Origin: an uncultured Chloroflexia bacterium
Lineage (GTDB): Bacteria > Chloroflexota > Anaerolineae > CG2-30-64-16
NCBI GenBank assembly: GCA_963774265.1
Contig: CAVZDU010000008.1
Coordinates: 224,001 to 288,000, forward strand
Length of the DNA: 64,000 nucleotides
Direction of reading: 5' to 3'
Shown: in pieces, positions 1 to 9,952 of the stretch
Position numbering within the stretch: position 1 is the first letter of the stretch
Layout of the letters: each line of letters opens with the position of its first letter
Made by a program: the position numbers and the translations under genes
Notes under the pieces: generated by a model
The model's input: the letters and a program-made list of their open reading frames with translations, nothing else
What the model was told of the DNA's origin: nothing
The model's database searches: none

Positions 1-10
1 GAGGCTCAAT

Positions 11-652
11 ATGGATCCCAAGACGACCGCACTGGTCCTGATCGAGTACCAGAACGACTTCACCACGCCTGGCGGAACGCTCCACGACGCGGTCAAAGGT
101 GTCATGGAGAGCAATAACATGCTCGCCAACACCGTGGAAACGGTCGCAAAAGCGCGTAAACTGGGCGCGACCGTCATCTTCACACCAATTACCTTCACTG
201 ATGACTACCACGAGCTGTCATCCCAGCCCTACGGCATCCTCAAAGGCGTCGTCGACAGCCGGTCATTCCGGAAGGGCTCTTGGGGTGCGGAGATAATCGA
301 CGTGCTCAAGCCTCAGCCAGAGGACATCATCATTGAGGGCAAGCGCGGTCTTTGCGGCTTCGCCACCACCAACCTTGATTTCATCCTGCGCAGCCGGGGC
401 ATTCAGAATGTTGTGCTGGGTGGTTTCCTGACCAATTGCTGCGTGGAATCCACTATGCGGACGGCTTACGAAAAGGGCTACAACGTGATCACCCTCAAGG
501 ACTGCACCGCAACCTTGAGCGAAGAGGAGCAAAAGATGGCTGTCGAGAAGAACTATCCGATGTTCTCGCGGCCACTGGACCATAATGATTTCCTGGCCGA
601 GTTGATGGGGGATGTTGCGGTTGAGACCGGGGGTCGGGGGTATGAGGCCTGA
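11..652 (+). CDS. Cysteine hydrolase (isochorismatase family)
   Basis: LVLIEYQNDF, EGKRG and TNCCVESTMR motifs form the E/D-K-C triad; GAGG RBS upstream. Confidence 0.9.
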   Translation: MDPKTTALVLIEYQNDFTTPGGTLHDAVKGVMESNNMLANTVETVAKARKLGATVIFTPITFTDDYHELSSQPYGILKGVVDSRSFRKGSWGAEIIDVLKPQPEDIIIEGKRGLCGFATTNLDFILRSRGIQNVVLGGFLTNCCVESTMRTAYEKGYNVITLKDCTATLSEEEQKMAVEKNYPMFSRPLDHNDFLAELMGDVAVETGGRGYEA

Positions 653-676
653 TCGATAAGGGCACCTGAAACACAG

Positions 677-1924
677 ATGGCGGCGATCCTTTCGACCATT
701 TCCCTGGTATTTGGTGCGCTGCACTTTGTGCGGCTGCGTTCGCCGCGCGGTATGCTCTTCATGGCGCTCCGCCTCCTGGCCGGTGCACTGGCGCCGTTCA
801 TGGCCCTGTGTGGGCTGATCGGCGCCGTGCTCGGGCTGAGGCGGCGCAACCTCCTGGTGGGTGTGGCGGGCGCACTCGGCTTGGTCGCGTCGGGGCAGTA
901 CGTGGGCCGCATCGCGGCCACCGCGCCCCCACCGAGACGGCATGTGCGACCGCCACCGCCCGCCAGACATCCGGACCTGGATGTTCCGTTCGCCACCGTC
1001 CCACTGCCGGCCGCCGATGGTCCGGGAGAGCGCGCGCTCTACTGCGACATCTGGCAGCCTCCTCCGGACGTGACGCCATCAGGTGTGGCGTTCATCTACC
1101 TGCACGGCAGCGCCTGGTACCTGGGCGATAAGGGCATGTTGACGCGTCCCCTATTCCGCGTCCTGACCGGCGAGGGGCACGTAGTGATGGATGTCGCATA
1201 CCGAATGTGCCCGGAGACGGACATCATCGGCATGATCGGGGACGCGCAACGCGCGGTGGTGTGGGTGAAGGATCATGCGGCAGCCTATGGCGTCGATCCT
1301 GGCCGCGTCGTCCTGTCGGGCAGCTCAGCCGGCGGCCACGTGGCGATCCTGGCCGCATACACGGCAGACCGCGCGGACATAATCCCGGCTGACTTGGTGG
1401 GTCGAGACGCATCCGTTGCCGGCGTTATCGCTATCAGCGCCCCTCTGGACATGCGCGCGATGCTCCGGCACAATCCGTTCATGATCGACAGCGCTCACCC
1501 CGGACCAGGTATGGCTTACGATCCGCTGATCGACGTGGACCGCCTCTCACCTCCGCCGCCAGGCGCGGACCGCCGCGAGCGCTTTCGTTGGCAAGAGGCT
1601 CAAAACCGGCGTATCGCAGGCTTACTGCGCGATCTGGTCGGCGGTGGACCCGATGACGCGGCGGAGCGGTTCGATCTGGCTTCTGCGGGCACGCATGTGC
1701 GTCCGGGTTTGCCACCCACGCTCATCATTCAGGGCGAATGCGACACGCTGATACCGGTTGAACCCGCGCGCGCGTTGGCCCGGCAGCTCAAGGCTTCGGG
1801 CGTCCCGACAGATTATGTCGAGCTTCCGCAAACAGACCACGGGTTCGAGTTGGCTTTGCCCCAGGTGTCGCCACCAGCGCAGGTCAGCATCCAGGCTATC
1901 CTGCGCTTCCTGGCGGTCCGCTAG
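677..1924 (+). CDS. Membrane-anchored alpha/beta hydrolase (HSL-like esterase/lipase)
   Basis: N-terminal hydrophobic helices; YLHGSAW oxyanion motif, GSSAGG nucleophile, QGECD and DHGF. Confidence 0.85.
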   Translation: MAAILSTISLVFGALHFVRLRSPRGMLFMALRLLAGALAPFMALCGLIGAVLGLRRRNLLVGVAGALGLVASGQYVGRIAATAPPPRRHVRPPPPARHPDLDVPFATVPLPAADGPGERALYCDIWQPPPDVTPSGVAFIYLHGSAWYLGDKGMLTRPLFRVLTGEGHVVMDVAYRMCPETDIIGMIGDAQRAVVWVKDHAAAYGVDPGRVVLSGSSAGGHVAILAAYTADRADIIPADLVGRDASVAGVIAISAPLDMRAMLRHNPFMIDSAHPGPGMAYDPLIDVDRLSPPPPGADRRERFRWQEAQNRRIAGLLRDLVGGGPDDAAERFDLASAGTHVRPGLPPTLIIQGECDTLIPVEPARALARQLKASGVPTDYVELPQTDHGFELALPQVSPPAQVSIQAILRFLAVR

Positions 1925-1961
1925 CTCGTGCAGCGCGTCGTACCACGGGCCTAACTGCTAT

Positions 1962-3351
1962 TTAGGGGCGAGAGGTGCCGGCCGGGCGGTTGCGTGCCCT
2001 GGGTTGAGAGGAGGGCGTCCGGCCATTGCCAAAGCGATTTTCCGGCAAGGCCGCATGGCGCGCGCCGACCGGCGCGTCGTGGCGCGTGGGCGGCAAAGGA
2101 CCGTTCGTTGTAAGTTGGCGCGAAGCCGACGTCGCAAATGTTTGACCCGGGCCTTGCAGGGGCTGCCGCTTCGGCTGCGAGCGCACGGGACGGGGACCAC
2201 GTGCGAACTCATCAGCGTTTGCAGGCCGCGCGTGGTAGTCAAACCCGGGCAGCGTGCGCCGCTCAATCCGTCCCCCGAGCAGCCGCTCCACCGCACGCAC
2301 ATCCGCGTCATCGTCGGGTGTCACCAGCGTATATGCCTCGCCAGTCCGCTCAGCGCGTCCGGTTCGACCGATGCGGTGCGTGTAGGCGTCAGGCGTGTCG
2401 GGCATGTCATAGTTGATGACGTGTGAGATGCTCAGCACGTCAATCCCACGCGCTGCGATGTCCGTGGCCACCATAATCTGGTATTCGCCCTCGCGGAAGC
2501 CATCGAGCGCGGCCTGGCGCTTATTCTGCGACAGATTGCCCTGTAAGGCAGTTGCCCGGAAGCCTGCCGCGGCCAACTGCTCGGCCACGCGCTTCGCCCG
2601 GTGCTTCGTCTTGGTGAATACCAACACCGAACCCTGACCCAGCGTAGGTAACAACGTCTTGAGGAACGCGGTCTTCAGGTGCTGGGGCACAGGATACAGT
2701 GCATGTGACACGGTCTCCGCCGGCGCCGAGTGGCCGATCTGCACGGTGAGTGGGTTGGTGAGCACCTCAGCGGCCAATGATTTGATGTCGTCGGGCATGG
2801 TGGCCGAGAAAAGGAGCGTCTGACGCTGACTGGGCACGGCCCGGACGATGCGTCGCACATCGGGCAGGAAGCCCATGTCAAACATCCGGTCTGCCTCGTC
2901 AAGCACGAGCACTTCTACTCCGCTCAAGTCCACGGTTCCCTGGCCCACGTGATCGAGCAAGCGGCCGGGGCAGGCCACAACGATTTCCACGCCGTTACGC
3001 AGAGCTTGCACCTGTTGAGACATGCCAACGCCGCCATAGATGGCCACGCTGCGCAGCCCGGTCTGCTTGCCAAGAGCAAGAAATGATTGGTGGATCTGTT
3101 CCGCCAGTTCACGGGTAGGCGCAACGATTAAGGAACGTGGTCGGCGGCGCGGGCCGCGCTCGAGGCGCTGCAGAATCGGGAGCGCGAAGGCCGCGGTTTT
3201 GCCTGTGCCGGTCTGGGCCAGGCCCATGACATCGCGGCCGGCCATGATCGGCGGGATCGCTTTCTCTTGAATGGGGGTCGGCTCTTGATAGCCGAGCTGA
3301 GTCACGCCCGCGGCAATACGCGGGACTGAAATTAAAACCTGAAAATGTCAC
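1962..3351 (-). CDS. rhlE: DEAD-box RNA helicase (RhlE-like); 5' end displaced by a 1-bp frameshift near 3322
   Basis: PTPIQ, AQTGTGKT, PTRELA, DEAD, SAT and HRIGRTGR motifs. The Q-motif start (GTG-TFSGFNFSP) at 3351 lies in another frame. Confidence 0.9.
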
Positions 3352-3441
3352 TGAGAATCCTTCCTTGGCTGTGTCTGAGCCAAGTCGCACCCTCAGCCCA
3401 TCCTTTACATTAGTGATATAGAATTATTATAACCTGGATGA

Positions 3442-4008
3442 TCAAAAATCCCTAATCGAGGATATCGTTTCCCGAAACTCGCGGTACACCTCGGTCAGTG
3501 CGGCCGGCGTATAGTGTGCATTGAGGCCGCTGGGATTTGGCAAAATCCACAGTGGCGCTTCGCCCAGCCCTTCATCCTGAGGGCCCAAAACCGCCTTTGG
3601 CCGGCGAAACGCCAGTCGATATGCGCCGATTCCAAGCACTGCTACGACCCTCGGCTGGTACACCGCCACCTTTTCCGCCAGGCCGCGACCGCCCGCCAGC
3701 AACTCCGCCTCACTGACTTCGGCTGCAGTGGCGGTTGCACGTGCAACGAGGTTCGTGATCCCATAGCCAAGCGGCAACAACTCACGCTCCTCATCAGGTC
3801 GCAAGAGGCGGGCAGTAAAACCCGCTGCACATAGTGTCCGCCAAAACCGGTTGCCGGGTCGCGCGAAATGATAGCCCGTGTAGCCGGAGTAGAGCCCCGG
3901 ATTAATGCCGCAGAACAACACCCGCAAGTGCGGCGCAATCACATCGGCCACGGTTTTACCGGTCGCCGCTAGCAATTCAGTGCGCGTCGGTCTGTGATCA
4001 CCCACCAT
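3442..4008 (-). CDS. mug: G/U mismatch-specific DNA glycosylase
   Basis: FCGINPG, HFARPGNRFW and LPNPSGLNA motifs. Confidence 0.93.
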   Translation of the reverse strand: MVGDHRPTRTELLAATGKTVADVIAPHLRVLFCGINPGLYSGYTGYHFARPGNRFWRTLCAAGFTARLLRPDEERELLPLGYGITNLVARATATAAEVSEAELLAGGRGLAEKVAVYQPRVVAVLGIGAYRLAFRRPKAVLGPQDEGLGEAPLWILPNPSGLNAHYTPAALTEVYREFRETISSIRDF

Positions 4009-4157
4009 GGTGCTCCTTCAGCAGGGCCCAAAGAAAGATCCGTTGCCGCCATTCGTTATACATCAAGACGCAGCCAGATCGTAATCTCGCCTCTTGTGTC
4101 GTTGATTGCAGTAGTGCTATGATTGTTCTGTCTTCGTACAAATTTGGGAGGATTCAA

Positions 4158-5405
4158 ATGCACGAGATTGACTTCATTTTCGAGGGCGGCGGCGCTAAGG
4201 GCATGGTCTTTGTTGGCGCGCTGCAGGAGTTGGCAGACGCGAATCGCTTTGCGCCCGGCCGGCTATTAGGCACATCGGCGGGTGCAATCACGGCCACCCT
4301 CATGGCCGCAGGGTACACTCCCGACGAAATGCTCGGTCCGCTGGCAGAGAAGGGCCCGGATGGCAAGCCGGTGTTTGCGAGCTTCCTTGGGGAGCCGGCT
4401 GCATTCGATGAGGCGGCTGTAAGTGCCAGCCAGATTCGGATGCTGCTGCGCGAGCTCAACGTCCCCCTGCTGCCCGACGTTACTGAGGAAGGCGTGGATG
4501 ACTGGATCGCGCGAAAATTGGCCGCGAGCGCTCGAGGGCGGCATCTGTTCGCCTTTGTAGAGCGAGGCGGCTGGTATGCCGCGGATGCGTTCGTGGCGTG
4601 GCTGCGGCAGCGCCTGAGCACGGGGCAGCTCGACGGCCGGACGCGTGCTTTCGCGGACATGACGATGGCCCAGTTCTACGAAGCCACAGGGCGGGAACTG
4701 ACGGTGATTGCGGCGGATACGACGTGGCAGCGCATGTTGCTGCTCAACCACCGCACTGCGCCCGAACTGCCGGTGGTCTACGCTGCTCGCATGTCCATGA
4801 GCGTGCCACTCCTGTGGGAAGAGGTGGTCTGGCAGGCTGAGTGGGGCCCATACCACACGTGGGATCCCAAGCAGGGCAAGTTGGTGTCGAATGAGATGAC
4901 GGGCCATGAAATCGTAGACGGAGGTCTGCTGTCGAACTTCCCCATCGCTCTCTTTATGGCCTCGCGGCCGGATGTGGCGGCGGTGATGGGCGAACCGAGA
5001 GCTAAGAATGTACTGGGCCTGTTGATTGACGAGACGCTGCCTGTGCCTGACCGGCCGGCGCGCGCACCTGCCGGCAGCGGTCTGGCATCATCGCTCGGTG
5101 GACTCAGTGTCGTCAGGCGGCTGCAGCAATTGGCAAATACAGCCACCTGCGCACACGACAACATGGCCAAGGCGGTCTTTGCTGCGAATGTCGTGCGGTT
5201 GCCGGCGGGCGGGTATGGCACAACGCAGTTCGATATGACTGATGCGGAGCGAGAGGCGCTCCTGAACGCAGGACGACGGGCAATCCGCGACTTTCTGGCA
5301 ACGCAGACCGTATTGGAGGCGACCGGGGACGGATTCGACTTCTCAGTAAGCGATGCGGCGAAGGCGGCAGCGAACGCAGCAGCAGAGGCCATTCTGAGCC
5401 CGTGA
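4158..5405 (+). CDS. Patatin-like phospholipase
   Basis: EGGGAKG, GTSAG and DGGLLSNFP motifs; GGAGG RBS before ATG 4158. Confidence 0.9.
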   Translation: MHEIDFIFEGGGAKGMVFVGALQELADANRFAPGRLLGTSAGAITATLMAAGYTPDEMLGPLAEKGPDGKPVFASFLGEPAAFDEAAVSASQIRMLLRELNVPLLPDVTEEGVDDWIARKLAASARGRHLFAFVERGGWYAADAFVAWLRQRLSTGQLDGRTRAFADMTMAQFYEATGRELTVIAADTTWQRMLLLNHRTAPELPVVYAARMSMSVPLLWEEVVWQAEWGPYHTWDPKQGKLVSNEMTGHEIVDGGLLSNFPIALFMASRPDVAAVMGEPRAKNVLGLLIDETLPVPDRPARAPAGSGLASSLGGLSVVRRLQQLANTATCAHDNMAKAVFAANVVRLPAGGYGTTQFDMTDAEREALLNAGRRAIRDFLATQTVLEATGDGFDFSVSDAAKAAANAAAEAILSP

Positions 5406-5442
5406 GAAGTCGGACCTGAGACCAGGGTACAGAGGTGAGCAG

Positions 5443-5769
5443 ATGTTAGTCATACGCGAGGTGTTCCAGGCCAAGTATGGACGTGGGGATGAGTTGGTGG
5501 CGCTCTTCCGGGAGATCATTTTAGCTTGGGACCAGGGGCAGCACAGGGTTCAAGTGTTCGGCCGGCGCATCCTGACTGATGCCAGCGGCACATTCTTCAC
5601 CGTGGTCATCGAAACGCAGGTGGAAGATTTCGCCGCATGGCAGCAGTATACGTCAGAGGAGTTCGCCATGCCTGAGTTCAATGCGTGGTTTGCGCGGATG
5701 ATCCCTCTGGTGGAGTCAGGGCGACGCGAGTTCTACACAGTCGTGACTGGGCAAGAACAGCCACTCTGA
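5443..5769 (+). CDS. Hypothetical protein, NIPSNAP-like/dimeric alpha-beta barrel
   Basis: 108-aa ORF with GAGGTG RBS and a C-terminal GRREFY; the fold is a guess. Confidence 0.6.
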   Translation: MLVIREVFQAKYGRGDELVALFREIILAWDQGQHRVQVFGRRILTDASGTFFTVVIETQVEDFAAWQQYTSEEFAMPEFNAWFARMIPLVESGRREFYTVVTGQEQPL

Positions 5770-6190
5770 TCGGGGGTTCACCGTCAAATCTGGCTGGTGT
5801 GACGCTATATGGACGTTTGCGGCCTTTGTGGCGCCGGCGATATGCTTCCGCCAGCCCGCCTGTTGACGTCTCTCGATAGAGGGATGGCAAGTTGTTGCCG
5901 GTTTCCCACAGCGCGGCCACAACATCGTCAAACGGGATACGGTGTGAACCGTCGGAGAGCAGCGCGTAGTCGGCACAATTGAACGCTTGGGACGCGGCAA
6001 ACGCGTTGCGCCCGATGCAGGGGATTTGCACCATGCCGGAAACGGGGTCACACGTGAGCCCCAGGTTGTGCTCCAGGCCCATCTCGGCGGCATATTCGAT
6101 CTGGCGCACGTTGCCGCCGAAGAGTTGAGCGGCTGCTGCGGCTGCCATCGAGCAGGCCACGCCCACTTCGCCCTGTCAGCCGACCTCCGC
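5678..6190 (-). pseudogene. C-terminal remnant of an Fe-S L-serine dehydratase (SdaA alpha chain)
   Basis: [31 protein letters not shown] and [11 protein letters not shown] motifs; no N-terminal part; the first conserved Cys codon is TGA. Confidence 0.85.
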
Positions 6191-6844
6191 TCAGGATTTG
6201 GGGGAAGCTTCGTCGCCTGAAGATTCGACGGCGCCGCCCTTCTGTTTGCGTCGCTCCAAAGCAATTCGAGCGTATCGTGCATACTCCGTGAACGGCCAGG
6301 TGTCCAGAACCTCGTTGAATTGCAGCGCAGCCTGCGCGTCCAGTCCCTGGCGCTGATATGCCACCCCAAGATTGTAATGACAGGCCGCTTTGGATTTGAT
6401 GCCCAGGAAACCGCCCTCAGATGCGGTCAGCACCTGGCGGAAAGTGGCAACAGCCGCATCGAGACGGTCCCGGTGCAGGGCCAGCACGCCCTGGTTGAGT
6501 TGCACGAGCAGACGGCCGGTTTCATCGGCCCCCAGGCGAAGCGCCAGAGCATACACCCGCTCTGCAGCCGCGTGGTTGCGGCGTCGCGCGAGCAAATTGC
6601 CCAGGTCAACGAGCAGGCGCACGCGCATGGTGATCAAGTACAGCAGGACGATGAGGAAGATCGGGCTGAAATCAAGACCGGTCAGTGCGACGATCGCGGC
6701 TACAACAGCCGTCAGCACGATCGCTTCGGCGGTGAAGCGCAGTGAGATGCCCTCGCGCCGGAGGAAAGACAACATGCCAAAAAAGAGCACAAAAAGCAGG
6801 CCGATCAAGACCAATAGAAGGTGCGGAGCCACGAACGCCTCCAT
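6191..6844 (-). CDS. Membrane protein with C-terminal tetratricopeptide repeats
   Basis: About three N-terminal TM helices followed by TPR-like segments (AACHYNLGVAYQRQG). Confidence 0.8.
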   Translation of the reverse strand: MEAFVAPHLLLVLIGLLFVLFFGMLSFLRREGISLRFTAEAIVLTAVVAAIVALTGLDFSPIFLIVLLYLITMRVRLLVDLGNLLARRRNHAAAERVYALALRLGADETGRLLVQLNQGVLALHRDRLDAAVATFRQVLTASEGGFLGIKSKAACHYNLGVAYQRQGLDAQAALQFNEVLDTWPFTEYARYARIALERRKQKGGAVESSGDEASPKS

Positions 6845-6901
6845 GAATCACGAGATGATCAGAGTATACCGGTCGTCTGCCCTTCGTGACAATTCGCGGG
6901 T

Positions 6902-6930
6902 TTGACTTGAGCGATGTTTAGGGGTAAGCT
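6902..6930 (+). promoter_or_regulatory. Sigma70-type promoter of the cstA operon
   Basis: TTGACT-N17-TAAGCT. Confidence 0.6.
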
Positions 6931-7134
6931 GTGACTCTGTAATTGTAATGTTAGCTACGGAAACGACGGCCAGCGCTGGCCGTCAGGCGCGTCCCTGAAT
7001 GGAAAGGGGGTGGTTGCGGTCGAAATCTGGTGGAGAGAGCCCTGCAGGTTGTCTAGCAGGTCGTTATGATCGTCGTCGCTCGTATTCGATGATTCCGAGA
7101 CGCTCGGATCTGGCTCTCAGGAGGGATTAGAAAC

Positions 7135-8895
7135 ATGAACGCAATTGGCGTCCTTCTCATCAGCGTTTTATCACTCATCGCAGGCTATTGGCTCTACGCC
7201 AGGAGCATCGACAAGTCCGTCATCCGGCCCGACCCCAAGAAGGCCACCCCGGCCAAGATGTACATGGATGGGGTGGATTTCACGCCCGCCAATCGCAACG
7301 TTCTCTTCGGCTATCAATTCAAGTCGATTGCCGCGCTGGGCCCGATTATCGGCCCCATCGTTGCGGTGCAGTGGGGCTGGCTGCCGGCCCTGGCTTGGAT
7401 CATCCTTGGCACCGTGTTCATCGGCTGGGTGCAGGATTATAGCAGCATCATTCTGGGTGTACGCGAAGAAGGCCAATCCTTCGGCGCACTCAGCTATCGT
7501 TTGATCTCCCCGCGGTCACGCGGCATCCTGATCACATTCATCTATTTCTACCTCTGGCTCATTATGGGCTCGTTCGGGGTCCAGGTGGGCTTCAGCCTGT
7601 TCACCAATCCTGCCGTGCCAATAGGCGTGCTCCTGGTCATCGCGGTAGGCCTCTTGGCCGGTCAGATGACTTACAAGTGGAAGCAGGACATCATCCTCAC
7701 GTCCGTGATAACGGTGGTGCTGGCGTTCCTCAGCATCTGGATTGGCACCTTGCCGTTCGCCAAGAACATCATGGAGGCGATTCTCGGCACCGCCGGCGGG
7801 GCGACCAGTCCCATCCTGTTCCTGCAGGTGACGCAGGCGAAGTTTGTGGGCAGCCTGCTGGTCGTGATCATCTGCTATCTCGGCTCAGTGCTGCCCATTT
7901 GGCGCTGGGCACAGCCCATCAACTACGTATCCTTCTGGATCGTCTTCCTCGGCATCGTGGGCGGCATCGTGGGCCTGCTCATCTGGCGCCCCAGCATGGG
8001 CGATTTCCCGGCCTACACCAAGTTCACGATCGGCATCGGCCCGCTGTGGCCCATGCTGTTCGTGACCATCGCCTGCGGTGCGATCTCGGGCTGGCACAGC
8101 CTGGTGTCCTCCTCCGGCACGGCCCGCCAGCTTGAGAAGGAGACGGATGCGCTCTATGTCGGCGGCGGCGCCATGTTCCTGGAAATGGTGTTTGCCTGCG
8201 TGGCCTTCCTGACCGCCACTGTGGCCTTCGGCAGCTACGACGGCTACGTCAAGGCCGGCGGTGGGGCCGCGGCAGCCAGTGTCTTCTCAGTCGGCCTGGC
8301 GACCTTCATGAACAAATGGGGCTTGCCGGTCGAGTTCGGCACGGCCTACGGCGCAGTGTTCCTGACCCTGATGGCTTTGACGATCATGTATCTGGTGGTG
8401 CGCTTTATGCGCGTGGCCAGCGCCGAAGCGTTGGGCGATCAGATCCCGGTCATCCGCAACACGCATGTCGGCACGATCATCGCGTTACTGTTGACCCTGG
8501 CGTTGATTTGGCTGGTGCCGTTCCTGCAGATCTGGGCGGTGTTCGGCGCGGCAAATCAGCTCATGGCGTCCCTGGCGCTTCTGTTGGTGACGGCCTGGCT
8601 GATGTCCAAGGGGAAGCAGTATATGTGGACGATGATCCCCTTCGCGTTCATGTTCGTGACCACCATCGCGGCGCTGCTTTACAAAGCCTACGAGGCGTTC
8701 TTCATCAACCTGCCGAAGACCGCCGATCCGGTCGCTAACAAGATCGCCAGCGTGGGTCAGTTCACCGCCGCGCAGGTGCTCATCGGTGGCGTGTGTCTGA
8801 TCTTGGTGGTGGCGGCGCTCTTCCTGGCCTGGGACGGCATCAAGGCGCTCCGCGGGTACGCCAGCCAACCCGTGAAAGCCCGGGCCAAGGCGTAA
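7135..8895 (+). CDS. cstA: Carbon starvation protein A (CstA) family transporter
   Basis: DGVDFTP, LFGYQFKSIAALGPIIGP, LFVTIACGAISGWHSLVSSSGT and WAVFGAANQLMA motifs; polytopic membrane protein. Confidence 0.92.
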   Translation: MNAIGVLLISVLSLIAGYWLYARSIDKSVIRPDPKKATPAKMYMDGVDFTPANRNVLFGYQFKSIAALGPIIGPIVAVQWGWLPALAWIILGTVFIGWVQDYSSIILGVREEGQSFGALSYRLISPRSRGILITFIYFYLWLIMGSFGVQVGFSLFTNPAVPIGVLLVIAVGLLAGQMTYKWKQDIILTSVITVVLAFLSIWIGTLPFAKNIMEAILGTAGGATSPILFLQVTQAKFVGSLLVVIICYLGSVLPIWRWAQPINYVSFWIVFLGIVGGIVGLLIWRPSMGDFPAYTKFTIGIGPLWPMLFVTIACGAISGWHSLVSSSGTARQLEKETDALYVGGGAMFLEMVFACVAFLTATVAFGSYDGYVKAGGGAAAASVFSVGLATFMNKWGLPVEFGTAYGAVFLTLMALTIMYLVVRFMRVASAEALGDQIPVIRNTHVGTIIALLLTLALIWLVPFLQIWAVFGAANQLMASLALLLVTAWLMSKGKQYMWTMIPFAFMFVTTIAALLYKAYEAFFINLPKTADPVANKIASVGQFTAAQVLIGGVCLILVVAALFLAWDGIKALRGYASQPVKARAKA

Positions 8896-8948
8896 CCGAC
8901 GGCTGCGCGACCGGCCGCGGGTAGGCCGAGCCAGTTCGAGAGGATGGC

Positions 8949-9314
8949 ATGCCACCCGTTCAAATCGATGTGATTGCGCCGGTCCCCGAAGGGTGGGGTC
9001 TGTGCCAGGCATGCGAGCTGATACTGGCAAGCGCGCAGCTTGACCAGGCCCCCCCAGAACGTGGGCTGGATGACCTGCCTCCGGAGTGGCGGGCCGATTT
9101 CCAGCGCCTCTCGACCCTGATCTTTGATCTGGCGCATCGCTACGGCGACCGCATCGTGATCCGCGTCTACGATCCGCGCTCGCTGCAAGGGTTGGTGAAG
9201 GCGGTGCGCCACGGCGCGCGTCGCTATCCGACCTTTGTGGTGGCCGGCCGCACGAAAATCACCGGGTGGAAGCCAGATGCACTGGAGCAAGCGGTGAACG
9301 ATTGTTTGAGGTGA
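8949..9314 (+). CDS. Thioredoxin-like CxxC protein
   Basis: CQAC near the N-terminus and a YPTFVV cis-Pro-like motif near the C-terminus. Confidence 0.65.
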   Translation: MPPVQIDVIAPVPEGWGLCQACELILASAQLDQAPPERGLDDLPPEWRADFQRLSTLIFDLAHRYGDRIVIRVYDPRSLQGLVKAVRHGARRYPTFVVAGRTKITGWKPDALEQAVNDCLR

Positions 9315-9326
9315 GGGTGGGTAATA

Positions 9327-9608
9327 ATGCCTGAGGCTGGAGTGCTGAAGCGCGCTGGCCGGGCGCTGTTTGATATGCTCTACGGCGCAACAGTCTACGA
9401 GATGGTGCGCGATTTGCACAAGGAGCGCAGTCACCTCGAGCATCTCTTCATTCTCATCGTCTTCGGCGATATGCTGGGCGTGCCAGTCCTGCCGCCCTAT
9501 TACACGCTCCGCCTGCTCCCGTATGTCGTGCCGAATATCGCCGGTTGGCGGCACAGTATGTCACGCGAGAAAGACCTGACCGACATGTGCGATCAGGAAA
9601 TAACTTAG
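9327..9608 (+). CDS. Small CstA-associated protein, paralog 1
   Basis: Core EHLFILIVFGDMLGVPVLPPYYTLRLLPYVVP is shared with the next ORF. Confidence 0.8.
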   Translation: MPEAGVLKRAGRALFDMLYGATVYEMVRDLHKERSHLEHLFILIVFGDMLGVPVLPPYYTLRLLPYVVPNIAGWRHSMSREKDLTDMCDQEIT

Positions 9609-9668
9609 GCCGTGAGCCGCTATCGATGTGACTCAGGCCGCACTCCTTGTTGATGAAAGAGGTTAAGC

Positions 9669-9938
9669 ATGTCAGAGGAAGAGCGTAAGCAAAGTCTGCT
9701 CGGTGGTTTCAAGAGCATGCTCTACGGCATGGCCGGCCACGACATGGCGCGCTATGCACTGAAGACGCGGGGCAGCATGGAGCACCTGTTTATCTTGATC
9801 ACTATGGGTGATCTCCTGGGTATCCCGATCTTGCCGCCCTACTACAGTCTGCGGTTGCTGCCTTATGTCGTCCCCCAGATCTCGACCTGGAAGCGTCGTA
9901 TGCTTCGCGAGCGGGATCTGACGGACGCGCTGGCGTAG
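9669..9938 (+). CDS. Small CstA-associated protein, paralog 2
   Basis: Core EHLFILITMGDLLGIPILPPYYSLRLLPYVVP; GAGG RBS. Confidence 0.8.
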   Translation: MSEEERKQSLLGGFKSMLYGMAGHDMARYALKTRGSMEHLFILITMGDLLGIPILPPYYSLRLLPYVVPQISTWKRRMLRERDLTDALA

Positions 9939-9952
9939 TGAGGTATCATCCC

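Noticed and set aside
4158-5769. Patatin as a CBASS/anti-phage effector
   Set aside because: No CD-NTase, Cap2/3 or other defence genes are adjacent; it looks like a stand-alone patatin.
9300-9330. CLR-TGA at the end of the thioredoxin-like gene is in frame with the next ORF (possible CxxU selenoprotein readthrough)
   Set aside because: In-frame adjacency has a 1-in-3 chance, no convincing SECIS hairpin follows, and the GAGG around the stop explains itself as the next gene's RBS.
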